From Gekko japonicus (lineage: Eukaryota), in assembly GCF_001447785.1 (NCBI RefSeq), contig NW_015165831.1, forward strand, positions 1,800,411-1,864,410: a stretch of DNA of 64,000 nt, read 5' to 3'. The position numbers were made by a program, and so were the translations under genes. Within the stretch, counting starts at the first letter, position 1. Every line of letters begins with the position of its first letter. Under the pieces are notes generated by a model. It was given only the letters and a program-made list of their open reading frames with translations, had not been told where the DNA came from and did not search any database. This document shows, one piece after another, positions 12,124 to 24,226 of the stretch.

Positions 12124-12571
12124 GAGCTGGACTAGTAACGAGAAGACAGTTCCCAAAGCGTAGCTAAACTGTTGCAGTAAAACACTGACCAAGAATCTTA
12201 TGACGCCTCTGCGCAAATCTAGACTAGAGTGCCTGTAATACAGAATGCGCTTTTTAGTCTTACAACAGTTGCGCGGGGATAGGTAGACAGTCCCATAGCT
12301 AGGGACTTTTGGGGGAGGGGGCCATGGGGGGCTGGCAGCTAATTTAATCAAAAGTTCCAGAGCAAGTTGGGGGGGTAATGCCCAGCAGCTGCAGGACTTG
12401 TGTGTACACCAACCACTGGGCGGTGAGGATAAGTGGTGGGCTCCAGAGCTGGGCTAGTAACGAGAAGACAGTTTCCAAAGCGTAGCTAAACTGTTGCAGT
12501 TAAACACTGACCAAGAATCTTGTGACGCCTCTGCGCATGTCTAGAGTGCCTGTAATACAGAATGCGCTTTT
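12124..12571. repeat. Direct repeat of about 130 bp upstream of GLMP (12124-12254 and 12446-12571)
   Basis: Near-identical CTAGTAACGAGAAGACAGTT...GTAATACAGAATGCGCTTTT blocks. Confidence 0.9.
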
Positions 12572-13399
12572 GGGCCCCATGTTAGCTATGGGCCTGGGTA
12601 GAGATTCTATGGGGCAGTTTTTCCCAGGGTCGGGCACGTTTTCCTGACTGACTTCCTTCTCGCCTGAGTTCCGAGGTGGGAGAGGTGGACTGGTTGAGGA
12701 AGGACCATGCGTTTGTTGGTTTGCATGCAGAAGGTCCCAGGTTCGGTCCCTGTTAGTTTGTAATGTCAATAAAAATTAATAGTGTGCCAGTGCAAATAAG
12801 ATGAATTAAGTTAGATTAATAAATTTGAAAGGAAATCACACAGAGGGGCTGGAAAGCACCTTTCTGTGGCCTTCAAGAGGTGCCGCCCTCAGAAACAGGC
12901 CTGGGCTAGGTGCACTGTCTTATGCAACTCTGTGAAACGGACTACAGATTTTCCACATGGAAATAATTCATCTGATCATACGCTACTTTTCTACATGCTG
13001 GGATTCCCACCCCCAACTTTAAAATGGAAAAGTGAACATGCATGTCCCACTGCAGTCTAAAAGTGGCACGCACGAGGTACAGAACTGGACTGGGCTTCTT
13101 CCTAGAGTGCCACAGCCACAAACCTTTACAAAAATGGATCAGGGAGGCATATAATTAAAGGAACTCAACATGTACATAAAGTGCCTTTCACTCAATCACT
13201 GAGCAACCCTACCATCCCTTGTGTTACACCACCATCCTACCTCAGCATATTTATGTGGCTGTAGTGGTTTGTTATTTATTTATTTTATTTATGACATTAA
13301 GCTTCTATACCTCCCTCCCCACAAGCAGGCTCAGGGTGGTGCACAAGTTCATATAAAATACAATCTAACATATAAAATACAATAAATAATCTAAAAGTT

Positions 13400-13783
13400 T
13401 TGTTGTTCAGTCGCACAGTCGAGTCTGACTCTTCGCGACCCCATGGACCAGATCACACCAGGCCTTCCTGTTGAGTGCTCCCTTCTCATTTGGTGGCCAA
13501 AGTATCTGAGCTTCAGTTTCATTATCTGGCCTTCCAGGGAACAGTCAGGGTTGATTTCTTTTAGGATTGACTGATTTGATCTTCTTGCAGTCCAAGGGAC
13601 TCTCAAGAGTCTTCTCCAGCACCATAGTTCAAAATAATCTATTATTCGGCGCTCAGCCTTCCTTATAGTCCAATTCTTGCAGCCATACATGACTACTGGG
13701 AATACCATTGCTTTGACCATGTGGACTTTTGTTGGCAGGGTGATGTCTCTACTTTTTATCATGCTGTTTAGGTTCGCCATCGC
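13400..13783 (-). mobile_element. RTE-BovB LINE 3' fragment
   Basis: KSRDITLPTKVHMVKAMVFPVVMYGC..FELWCWRRLLRVPWTARRSNQSILKEI is the BovB ORF C-terminus; internal deletion before the tail. Confidence 0.92.
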
Positions 13784-14439
13784 AGTTCCATAAAACCTAA
13801 TATCCAGGGCTTTTTTTGTAGAAAAAGTCCAGCAGGAACTCATTAGCATAATAGGCCACACCCAACAGAAAAAAATTATTAGCTTATTAGGACACACCCC
13901 TGACAGCACAGCTCATTAGCATATTAGGCCACACACCCCATGTTCGCAGAAGTATGGTCATCCAGACACACCCACCTTTTGCTTCTTATTCTGTTTACCT
14001 TGTTTGTTGCCAAAACCCAGGGCTTTTTTGTAGCAGGAGCTCCTTTGCATGTTAGGCCACACACCCATACTGTAGCCAGTCCTAATGAGTTTCTGCTGTT
14101 GGATGTGGCCTATTGTGCTAATGCGTTCCTGCTGGGTGTGGCCAACTCGGGAACCAACCAGAACTCCGTTCCTGTGCGTTCCTGCCCCAAAATAGCCCTG
14201 CATTAGTAATATCTACATGGCGTCATAGTGCAAAGTTCTGATCCCCCCAGTTTACATAGGCATGCAGGGGGAGGGGGTGAATCAGTTAGTGGTCTGGATA
14301 GTTGTTAAAAACTGCTGGAACCGTTAAAAGCCATTGCTGTCCTCAACCATATGCTTGGTGAAACATCTCTGCCTTGCAAGCTCTGTGGGATTTTAACAAG
14401 TCCTGCAGGGCCCTGATATTAGTAGGCAGAGAGTTTCAC

Positions 14440-15600
14440 ATTGGAGCCAATGCTTTTGCTCAACTTCAGCTGGTGCATCAGCTGCACCTATTCCTGCTCC
14501 AGTTAGATCTAGCCACCGTTATCCATGCCTTAGTGACATCTAGACTGGACTTTTGCAATGTACTCTCCTTGGGGCTACCCTTGAAGAGTGTTCAGCAGCC
14601 ACAGCTAGTGCAGAACACTGCTGCTAGAGTGCTGGTCAGGGTCAGGACTGGAGCACGTGACCAAGTCCTGTGAGGAAAGGTTGAAGGCGCTGAGTATGTT
14701 TAGCCTGGAGAGGCAACAACTCAGAGGTGATACGATAACCAAGTTCAAGTACTGGAAGGGCTGCCATATAGAGGATGGTATGGAATTGTTTTCTGTGGAC
14801 CTAGAAGGTTGGACCAGAACCAATGGGTTGCAATTACACCAAAAGAGTTTTTGGCTAAACATTAGGAAGAACTTCATGACAGAGCAGTTCCTCAGTGGAA
14901 CAGGCTTCCTCGGGGGGGGGGGGGGGCTGGGGGGGCTCCCCTTCTTTGAAGGTTTTCACACAGAGGCTAGATGGCCATCTGACAGCACTGCTGATTCTGT
15001 GAACTTAGGCAAATTATGAGAGGGAGGGCAGGGAGGGTTGCATCAGTGCTTAGTTCTCCGTGGCCCTTTCTTACATACCTATGGAAATGCTGATTGCTAC
15101 TTTGGGGTCATGAAGCAATTTTTTTCTCCAGGCCAGTTTGGCTGGGGAACCTGGAGGTTTTTTGTCATCTTCCAGACATGGAGCAGGGCAGGGTCACTGG
15201 GGGTGTGGAGGGGGAGGTATTTGTGAATTTCCTGCATTGCGCAGGTGGTTGGACTAGATGACCCTGGAGGTCCCTTCTAGCTCTATGATTCTATGTGACC
15301 CTGTTATTACAGCAATTACACTGGCTACTAATCTACTCATGAGCCCAATTCAAGATGTTGGTCTTGTCCTTTAAAGCCCTCCACAGCTTGGAACCAGGGT
15401 ATCTAAAAGTTCAGTCAAGATCACAGGGAGGGGCCCACCTGACTGTCCCATCAACCAAAGATGATAGTCTGGTGGGCCTTTTCAGTGGCAGCCCCACAAT
15501 GATGGGGAAATCTCCCCAGGGAGGTGCACCTGGCCCCCTCACTCACCTTAAGGCACAAGTGAAGATGATTTTATCTAGAATGGCATTTTATTATTCCCCC
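14440..15600 (+). mobile_element. L2 LINE 3' fragment interrupted by a CR1
   Basis: IHALVTSRLDFCN..LGLP..QLVQNTAAR is typical of the L2 ORF2 C-terminus; sequence resumes after 15300. Confidence 0.8.
14663..15294 (+). mobile_element. CR1 LINE 3' end nested in L2
   Basis: EERLKALSMFSLERQQLRGD motif, ATGATTCTAT tail, flanking GTGACC at 14657-14662 and 15295-15300. Confidence 0.85.
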
Positions 15601-18089
15601 CCCCTTACTGGCAGTTTTAAATTGTGAATATAATTCACAGTCTTTTGTGTGTGTTATATATTTTTATGTTCTGTGTTCTATTTACATTGTAAGCTACCAT
15701 AAGTTCTGTAAGGCAGGACGGCAGCCAATAAATCTTTTAAATAATATATATATATATTTAAAATTGAGGCTTCTTTTGAGGTTCCCAAGAGGTAAGCTTA
15801 TTATTTATTGCTACAAGCCAAATGGATTCTGTTATGACAAGCAGAAGTGAGGGTGGACGAAAAGCATGTCTGGTGCAAAGAACTCCTCTGGAGGTTGAAT
15901 CTGTCCTTATTCGCTGGCGACAGTTCCTGGTAAATCACTGCTCCTCTTTATTGTTAGGAAGATGTAAAAAATGTTTTGTTTACGTGTGTGTGCATGTGTG
16001 TGCTTTAAAGTACACTAACTTACCCTCCACCACCACCTGTAAACGCTGACAGTTTTCCTGATTTACTATTACTCCATAATGAAAAGTCAAATCTATGATG
16101 AAGCACATAGTTAATTGGCTGCCACCCTTTAACAAACACTTCTCATAAGAGGATCCCTGCTGGATCAGACCAGGGGTCCGTCTAATTTCACACAGTGGCC
16201 AACCAATTGCCCTGGAGGACCAAAACTCAGGGTGTAAAGGAAGCCTCTTGGCACTGGGTTTCAGAGGCTGACTGCCTCTGGATGTGGAGGTTCCCTTTAC
16301 TCACCATGCCTGATAACCACTGAAAGACCTACCCTCCACGAATCTGATTCCCTTTTAAAGCCATCCATACTTGAGGCCATCACTACATCCACTGACAGTG
16401 GATTCCATAATTTATTCACTCATTGAGTAAAGTCATATTTTCTTTTGTCCCTCCTGAATGTATTGCCTAGTAACGTTACTGGATGCTGTCTAGTTCTAGT
16501 GTTACAGGAAATCAGGAAAAGGTCTCTCTGTCCTCTTTCTGCACCCTATACAGAGTTTTATCATCTTTATAATTTCTCCCCCATCACCTTTTTTTTGTAA
16601 AATGACAAGTCCCAAACTTCAGTTTTTCCTCCCAGGAAAGGCTTTTTCACCCTCCTGAATCATCTCTGTTTCCCTCTCGTGCACTTTCAACAGCTCTTTG
16701 GGAATCAGGGGAGGATACAGTTTATAAAGAAAAGCCTTCAACAATGTGCAATAGTAAAAGGTGGAGGGGCACTCAAGTGTGATGGGCTGTGATCTTGGGT
16801 GTGAAGAAAGACAGGGGCTATAAATATACAGGGGCTACTTTCACCCGGGATAAAGTAGGGGGAGCATGGGGCTTGAATGTTGTGTTGTTGTTACCATCAA
16901 GCCAGGTGTTAGCCAATCTGCTTTATCTACAACAGTTGGCAACTAAATTTACGTGAGTCCTTGCCAATGTTTACGGAGGTCCAAACTTCCCAAAGTTTTT
17001 CCCAGTGAAAGAGTCAGAGACTGGTGACTTCAAAACAATTTGTCTTTTACTAAAGAAAATATATTTCACATACACACAAAACTGAATCTCACCCACATAC
17101 AATCAAGTTCCTTTAGAAATACAGCAATAGAAAAATAGTTCTGTTACTTAGGAGGTAGGTAGGTATCATTCATACTTGCCTGTTTCCGGAGCCTTGTCTG
17201 ATGCAATGAAGAATTGGAGGTAAGAAAGTAACACCTAGGGGTATTTCTAAGCACACTGCCAGAACCAGTCGGCAAAATGTGGACCTCTTTGGCTGCAGTC
17301 CAAGAGATCAAGAATAGACAAAGGATTGTTGGATAGCAAGCTGGACGTTAGGGGGTAAAAGCATAAAGGGGGTGATGAAAGGGAGGCGGCTATCTTTAAG
17401 GGTTGGGCCAATTTTTGAAACACTAGATCTAACTCAGGACAAGCCATCTGGTCAGGTGTGAAGTCCTGATGTCAGGATTCCCATTGAAGTGCAGATAGAT
17501 CTCGGCTTTCCCAGGCGATCAAAGCCACATCTGCCAGGAAATGCTCTTTCAGATGTAAAGTCCAATACGTGTATTGCGTGACATCAGGTCCTCTAGTAAT
17601 GGGGGATTACTTGTCTTTAAGCTGTAGTTTTCTGCTAACAATGGCCACATGTGCTTCTTCCCCTAAGGCTAGGATCTTGTGTATCTGCAAGCTGCATTAA
17701 CATGAAATGCAGGCAAACAGGCACCTTCTATGTGAAAACCTCTCACAGCAGGTGATTCAAATAGCGTTCCCCAAGCCTAGGGTGCATGTATATGCACCGT
17801 CCATGTGTTGTGTCAGCAAGTATAAGTCCACAAAAGCAAATATCAGTCCATTTCACAACACAGAGCTGACTTGTAGGGTTTTCAAGGCAAGAGACTTCAG
17901 AGGTGGTTTGCCATTGCCTGCCTCCATGTCATGACCCTGGTATTCCTTGGAGGTCTCCCTGCCAGGGTCCAATTTTAGTATATGTGCTGGCAAAGCGAAG
18001 AATCCCCTACTCCCCTTAAGTACCTGCCCGTTTGCGAAGATCCTCATAGGGTTGCCAACCTCCAGGTGGTGGATTTGCCAAGATCCTCA

Positions 18090-18279
18090 TAGGGTGCCAA
18101 CCTCCACGTGGTGGCTGGAGATCCCCCACAATCACAACTGACCCCTGGAGAAAATGGCCACTTTGGAAGGTAGACTCTATGGGCTTTATACCCCACTGAA
18201 GCCCTCCCCACACCCTGCCCTCCTCAGGTTTCACCCCCTAAATCTCCAGGTATTTTCCAACCCGGAGCTGGCAACCCTA
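18090..18279. mobile_element. hAT (Tip100-like) MITE with TAGGGTTGCCA-type TIRs (relatives near 3637, 10951, 44660, 54205, 54578)
   Basis: TIRs plus 8-bp TSD GATCCTCA (18082-18089, 18280-18287); left junction duplicated at 18031-18072. Confidence 0.82.
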
Positions 18280-18767
18280 GATCCTCATCAGACACCCAAC
18301 ATCATTACCAATCCTCTTCAACAATCCCATCAGCACCCCACCTGTCTATATTGAGTGCCTATGTNNNNNNNNNNNNNNNNNNNNNNNNNNNNNNNNNNNN
18401 NNNNNNNNNNNNNNNNNNNNNNNNNNNNNNNNNNNNNNNNNNNNNNNNNNNNNNNNNNNNNNNNNNNNNNNNNNNNNNNNNNNNNNNNNNNNNNNNNNNN
18501 TTTTGAAAACATTGCTTTGGCAGCAGCTGCCACCACAGCACAAGAACCGTCACTGTGTGAATCAAGTAAGCTGTGGCAGCCATTCTGCAGCTGGCTCAGC
18601 CTCCTGCCACAGCTGTTCTTTTGCAGCCATTTTGTGGCTGTGCCCACCACGCTGTGTCAGAACTGCAATAGTGCCCATAGGCTCGAAAAGGTTGGGGACC
18701 CCTGGTCTGTGACTTCTGTCAGAAACTTCGAAACTTCCAAGTTGTGTTTTGGTTCAGAAACTGTTAC

Positions 18768-19986
18768 CTGTTTCCTTAACTCAGTCTGCATTCCATTCCT
18801 ACACCCTTCTGACTGAGTTCACAGCAATAGGTGCATCATGATTAGTGTGCTTGCAAAAATCCACCCTATGGCAGATATGATGGCGTACTGAAGTCCACTC
18901 ACTGCAGCTGAAGAAGTGGACTCTAAGCCCAGAAAAGCTTATCTGGGAACAATTTTTATAAGGTACTACAGGATTTGTTTATTCTTATCTGCAGAGCCGG
19001 ATTGGCGGGTGGAAGTTGAGGCTTACCAATGTTTAATGTTTGACCAGAGTTTGTCTTGTTCAAAAACAAGCTCTCGTTCTTTCAGTGAAGCTCCCGTCAT
19101 AAGCTGATACGCCTAATCTTAAGGCATTCTTGATGGGGTATGATCAGTGCTCCAGACAGGCCAATGCACCCACTTGCCTCACCTCAACTTTTAAACTTGT
19201 GACACAGGAGGTTCATTGAAAGTGTGATAGCTCATTTTATAATAAGACTTGAATAAATAGAAGAGGGTTTGTGCTTTAGAGGGGGACATGTCGACTGTCA
19301 CCCTTTTTAATTTGGGCCATGCTACAAATCATTAGGAACTCAATGGCATTAAGCTCAATTTAAACATGACACTGACAAGCCCTTATATATGCAACTTTGT
19401 ATTTGTGCAGCATCTTTAGACAGAAGCCCATTTTTTAAAGAATCGCTGAAAGAGTGCAAAGTCCCTTGGCTAAGTGCTGTTTGGCACACTGGTGCTGTGT
19501 TTAAACTAGGCCTTGGGTTGCAGTTGTTTCCTTTGTCTAATAAAGGCTTCATCTTTGTGGCTCATGCCCTGCACTTACAGGTGAAGAAAAGACTTTCCTT
19601 CCACTGGCAGCATTTTTAGTTGGTCACCTTTTTAACAAGCTGGTTAAAGTTAAATACATCAGCACATTAAGGGGATCTTTTCTAAGAGATTGAAGGAAGT
19701 GTGTGAACATACAATCTTGTAAACAGAGGCCCTTCCTAATTCTTCTGCAACCTTTCCTACAGCCCACCATTTCTAATTGTTCTTCTCCCTTCTCTTTATC
19801 AACTAAGGCTGCATCCCCTTTCTTCAATATTGCACTAGAATCATTTGCAACTAGGTTATCTTGGACTGCCTTGTCCACACAGGGGACAAATGCTGGCTGT
19901 ACTGCAGCAATGGATCAATATCTAACAATGTATGGAGGGCAACCTCGTTCTTTAACCCATTCCTTTACTCATTCAAACACTGGATC
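18768..19986 (-). pseudogene. Candidate decayed multi-exon gene or spliced non-coding transcript, unidentified
   Basis: Three putative exons (19183-19986, 19027-19112, 18768-18865) with good donors and compatible phases, but many stops and weak acceptors. Confidence 0.3.
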
Positions 19987-20792
19987 CTAGAAACATCTCA
20001 TCTCCTGGGATGCATGCGCAGTAAAACGTGCTCAGAGACTACAAGGATTGGGGCATATAATAATTTTACAACAAACCAACATTGGGTTTCAGACAGACCT
20101 ATGGAAGAAAGCACTGCATGCAGCAAACAGCAATCAAAATTCTACTTGGGTGTTCTGTGGTGGTCCCCTATCATTGTCTGATAAGCCTGTGTCACCCAAC
20201 CTCTCTTTGCTGCTCAATTCAGACATAATCCCCAGCCTTGAACACATGAAACTGCCTTATACTGAGATCCTCATCAGAGACCCATCCTTCAAAATCAGTA
20301 CTGTCTACTCAGACTGGCAGCAGCTCTCCAGGGTCTCAGGCAGAGGTCTTCCACAGCACCTACTGCCAGATTCTTTTAACTGGAGATGCCAGGGATTGAA
20401 CCTGGGACCTTCTGTGAGCCAGGCAGACGCTGTACCACTGAGCCACAGTCCTTCCCTTGACTACAAGCTTAACCACGGCTTGGCATGGTGAGTGCATTGA
20501 TAACAATGTGGTCTGTAGGCAGTTAGTTGGAAGTCGCTATGCCAAGCATGGCTTTGGGGTATGGGTTGCTGTGAAACCTGAACTAATGATACCTATTATT
20601 GCTCCACCTCTGGAACCTCCTACTGACAGAAACAAACAACCTAGGCAGACAGAAACACAAAAGCAACCAAGCAGCTCTAAGCCACCATTTTGCATGTTTG
20701 GGAACTAAAACCAGAATTTGGATTATGAACTTTGGTCTGCACAAACCACAGATTGGCACAATGTATCCCTTGCCGGGTCCAAGCTGTTCTTT

Positions 20793-21323
20793 GGCCCCGT
20801 TCACACGGAGCATTTGCTGCGCTCAAGATATGGATGATAGGCAGATTTTCCGGGCGCGATCACACCGCAACATCTGGGAAGTGTAGTGCACCCGTGGCTA
20901 ACCCATGGCTTTGTGCCGAATATACAGAGTAAAAAACTAGTACTTACGATGTACTAGTTTCTGGAAAACACAGGGCAAGGGCAGGCGTCTGACCGCGTCC
21001 CGTCCTAGTCCCGTCGCAAACCGGTTAGTTTTTTTTTTAAGTCTTCACAGGATGCGCACAAACGATCATGCGCATGCTCACCTTTTGGTGAGAAAAAAAA
21101 TATCCCAGTTTGCCACGGAAGCGGCGCCGGGCGATTGCTGGTGTGATTGTGCCGTGCCGCTTCTTTGCCGCGCTGCAGGATAGCTGTGTGATTGGCACCT
21201 CACGCCCTAACCACGGGACCTCGATGGGGCGTGTGATCGGGCGGCCGTGTGTTATTTTGCTCCGGGGGGGCAAACAGCCACGCCCCCCCCCCCCCGCATT
21301 TTCTGGCCAGTGTGACCGGGGCC
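20793..21323 (+). mobile_element. Non-autonomous DNA transposon, PIF/Harbinger-like
   Basis: 14-bp TIRs GGCCCCGTTCACAC / GTGTGACCGGGGCC, flanked by TTT both sides, CpG-rich; second copy at 57453-58341. Confidence 0.72.
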
Positions 21324-22619
21324 TTTATACTCTTATCACAGGACTTTCAGTGAGTGCTGTGTGACCTCTCCTGCTTATCTTGCAGATCACTGTTAACTCT
21401 CATTTCACTTTGGGGAAGAGAAATGGATGGAAATTCAACTGAGAACGTGTTGTGAGACTGAGACCACCAAGAATGACCATATCCAAGCACTAAGCTAGTA
21501 ACTGATAGCAAGTGCAACGTTCTGGCTTCCCCCACACACACTTTGCTGCAACCACAGGCACAGGTTTCTCATTAAACAAGGCCCTTCACGGCTGTCTTGT
21601 ACATGTAACAAGCCTTGCATGTCGACAGCACTATAGAAATCGCTCTCCAACCACAATGACAGTCTATTCCATTACTTTCGCTATTATACTGACTTTAAGA
21701 TTGTGTGTATGCGAGTTTAGCCCTTTAATATTATATACATATATACACACTGCCTAGTAATTTTCAGTGCTTAGCAATTATGATTTTCAATGACTGTGCT
21801 TTGAGAACGACAACCTACAAAAGCATTGAAAGAACTCTTTCAGACGGGTGAATTTCAGGTTAAGGGACCTGTAGAGGAAGATGACAACAGGAGGGAAGGT
21901 ATTTGCTGCCTTGGTCTGAGCAACCTTTACACCTATTAGGTAGTTTAGCTGTGCACATCCAAAGCATATTTTAAAGCATATATACTGACTTGCACCACAA
22001 ACCAATGCGGTGATCCCAAATGTGGTGCCCAGGAGTGAGTACCCAGCTGCTTATTCCCCAAAGCTAAGAGCCAGTTCTGGCTCTCCTCCACCATGGCAGA
22101 TGCTTCAAAAAAAGGAGAGGGGCATCATTTTTGGGTCTGCGTAGAGGGCATCCATTTGGAAACAACTGTCTCCATCAGAGGAGGAGACTTGGCTTAAAAC
22201 CTTCTGACATTCTGTGCAATCTTTTAATATTTTGCACTCGGACTTAAGATTGGCCCCGCCTACTCAGCAGCAGCCCTTCTGTTGTGGCACCCAGTCTCGG
22301 TTCTTAAAATTCCAGCAGTGCCCACAGGCTCAAAGTGTCTGAACACTCTGAAGAGCCCTAAGCAACATGTGGATGCATGAATCAGGGGTCTGCAGACAAG
22401 TGCATCATACAGATAACCAAGGACTGAACATACACCCCTCCCCCCCCATGGCTGCAGTCTCTTTCACAAATCTGGATTTATTGCTGTGTAACAGATAAAA
22501 TGACCCTAACTACAGCTGGATTTGAGATCACCCGAAGGAGGGGGGAAAACGTGTTGCAGCTATGGGGCAATGTAAACAAGAAATGAATTAGACCTAACCC
22601 ATGAACTTGAAGTGACGTT

Positions 22620-22625
22620 TTTATT
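22620..22625 (-). terminator. Probable CCT3 polyadenylation signal AATAAA (second candidate at 22477-22482)
   Basis: tttatt on + strand about 260 nt past the stop codon. Confidence 0.6.
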
Positions 22626-22885
22626 ATCAAAGCCACGAAGAAGCTACAGTATAATATTTAAATAAAGCGTCAGTGTCTCCTTGACGGAACAGGGGGGAGC
22701 TAACACGTTGTCAGCACTTCCGCCTTTCCCTTGCCAACTTTGAACAAACCAGTATTTGGACTCTGACTGCACCTGAACCGAGCGTGGAGAAGGAAAGCAG
22801 CAGTCGGAACGTTGCTCAGGTTGCTTTCATATCCTGCAATCCAAGGTGCGTGGCTTTCCCTTAGAGGCTTCCTAACCCCTCAGAC

Positions 22886-22990
22886 TTAGTCTTGGGCTGC
22901 GTCTGGGGCTGCAGGCTGCTTGTTTTGATCATCTCCTTTCTTCTTGTGCCCCGAAACAATGTCATCTATACGCAGGAGAAGGACAGCGGT
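22886..22990 (-). CDS. CCT3: CCT3 exon 14 (TAVLLLRIDDIVSGHKKKGDDQNKQPAAPDAAQD*)
   Basis: 105 nt to TAA at 22888-22886. Confidence 0.97.
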   Translation of the reverse strand, partial: TAVLLLRIDDIVSGHKKKGDDQNKQPAAPDAAQD

Positions 22991-24094
22991 CTGTAGTGAA
23001 AAGGGAGGAAGCACAAAAAGGTGTGAGTGATTAACAAAAAGAATTTTGGAGAAGCAAATTCCTCTCCAATACCTTGCCTGGGTTTGTAAGGCTTAAACAG
23101 TTATGCCATAGAAGCTTGCTGGGTGGCCCTGGGCCAGTCACTCTCCCTCAGCCTAACCTCCGTCACAAGAAGGTTGTTATGAGAATAAAATGGAGAAGAG
23201 GGGGACAATAGGAAGAACAGAGGGGTAGACATATCTAACAAACTAGCTGGCTCTACTGCCACATTTTATGACACTAGGCTCAGATGGGCAGCCGTGTTGG
23301 TCTAAAGCAACAGAATGAAGTTTAAGACCAACAAAGTTTAATTCTTAAAGGTGCCACTGGACTCAAACTTTTGTTTGATTTTGTAACAATGTGAGGCAGG
23401 TTTAGCTGAGGAACTCTTGGCCCTGTAAGCTTCACAGGAAGACAAGGAACTGAACTTTTGTTTCCCCAGTCTCTCTCTGTTGTTTCCAGATGTTCGCCAC
23501 ACTCCATGAGAGCTAGAACCTTGCTTCGTTGTTTGGATTTGGAATCAAAGCTATGATGCTATTCAAATGCTCACTTCTATTCTACATTATACTGGACTTG
23601 CTCCTCATTGCACACAACAGCAGCTCACATTTATTAGCTAAATAAAAAGAGTGTGTGCGCGCAAGGAATCACCTGTATCAGGGTAACAAGAATAGCTGAA
23701 GGTTCTATAAAACTTGAGGAACACAAGAGCCTAACTGCAAAGTAAGGTTAGAAATGGAAGGCCCTTCCTGCCATTAGCTGGGATAACAAATTCGGCTCAT
23801 GCACTGCCCTGCTTTCTACGTGGGAGACATAACCCAGCCTGGATATCCTCCTTTAGAGGGAANNNNNNNNNNNNNNNNNNNNNNNNNNNNNNNNNNNNNN
23901 NNNNNNNNNNNNNNNNAGAGGACACTCTAGTTTCCCTCGGAATACAAGATGTCACAGGAGGGAAGATCGGGCTTTAAAAAAAAAGAAAAAAAGAGGAACT
24001 GACATTTAACTGGAGAAGAACAAGATGACACTGACACCCCCATCTTTGGTCACAGGTTCTAGAATGCACACTCATGCTTCCAGCTTCTCCTTAC

Positions 24095-24226
24095 CTCCAC
24101 AGCTGTCTTGTATGTCTGCAGTTTCACTGACAAAGGCTCCCATATACCCAGCTCCTTCATGTCTGCCAAGGTTCCAGTCTCCCCATTTACCCCCCAGGTC
24201 TGACTGCCTTCCTGGGTGTGTTTTGC
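24095..24226 (-). CDS. CCT3: CCT3 exon 13 (AKHTQEGSQTWGVNGETG...KLQTYKTAVE)
   Basis: 132 nt, ag/gt boundaries. Confidence 0.97.
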
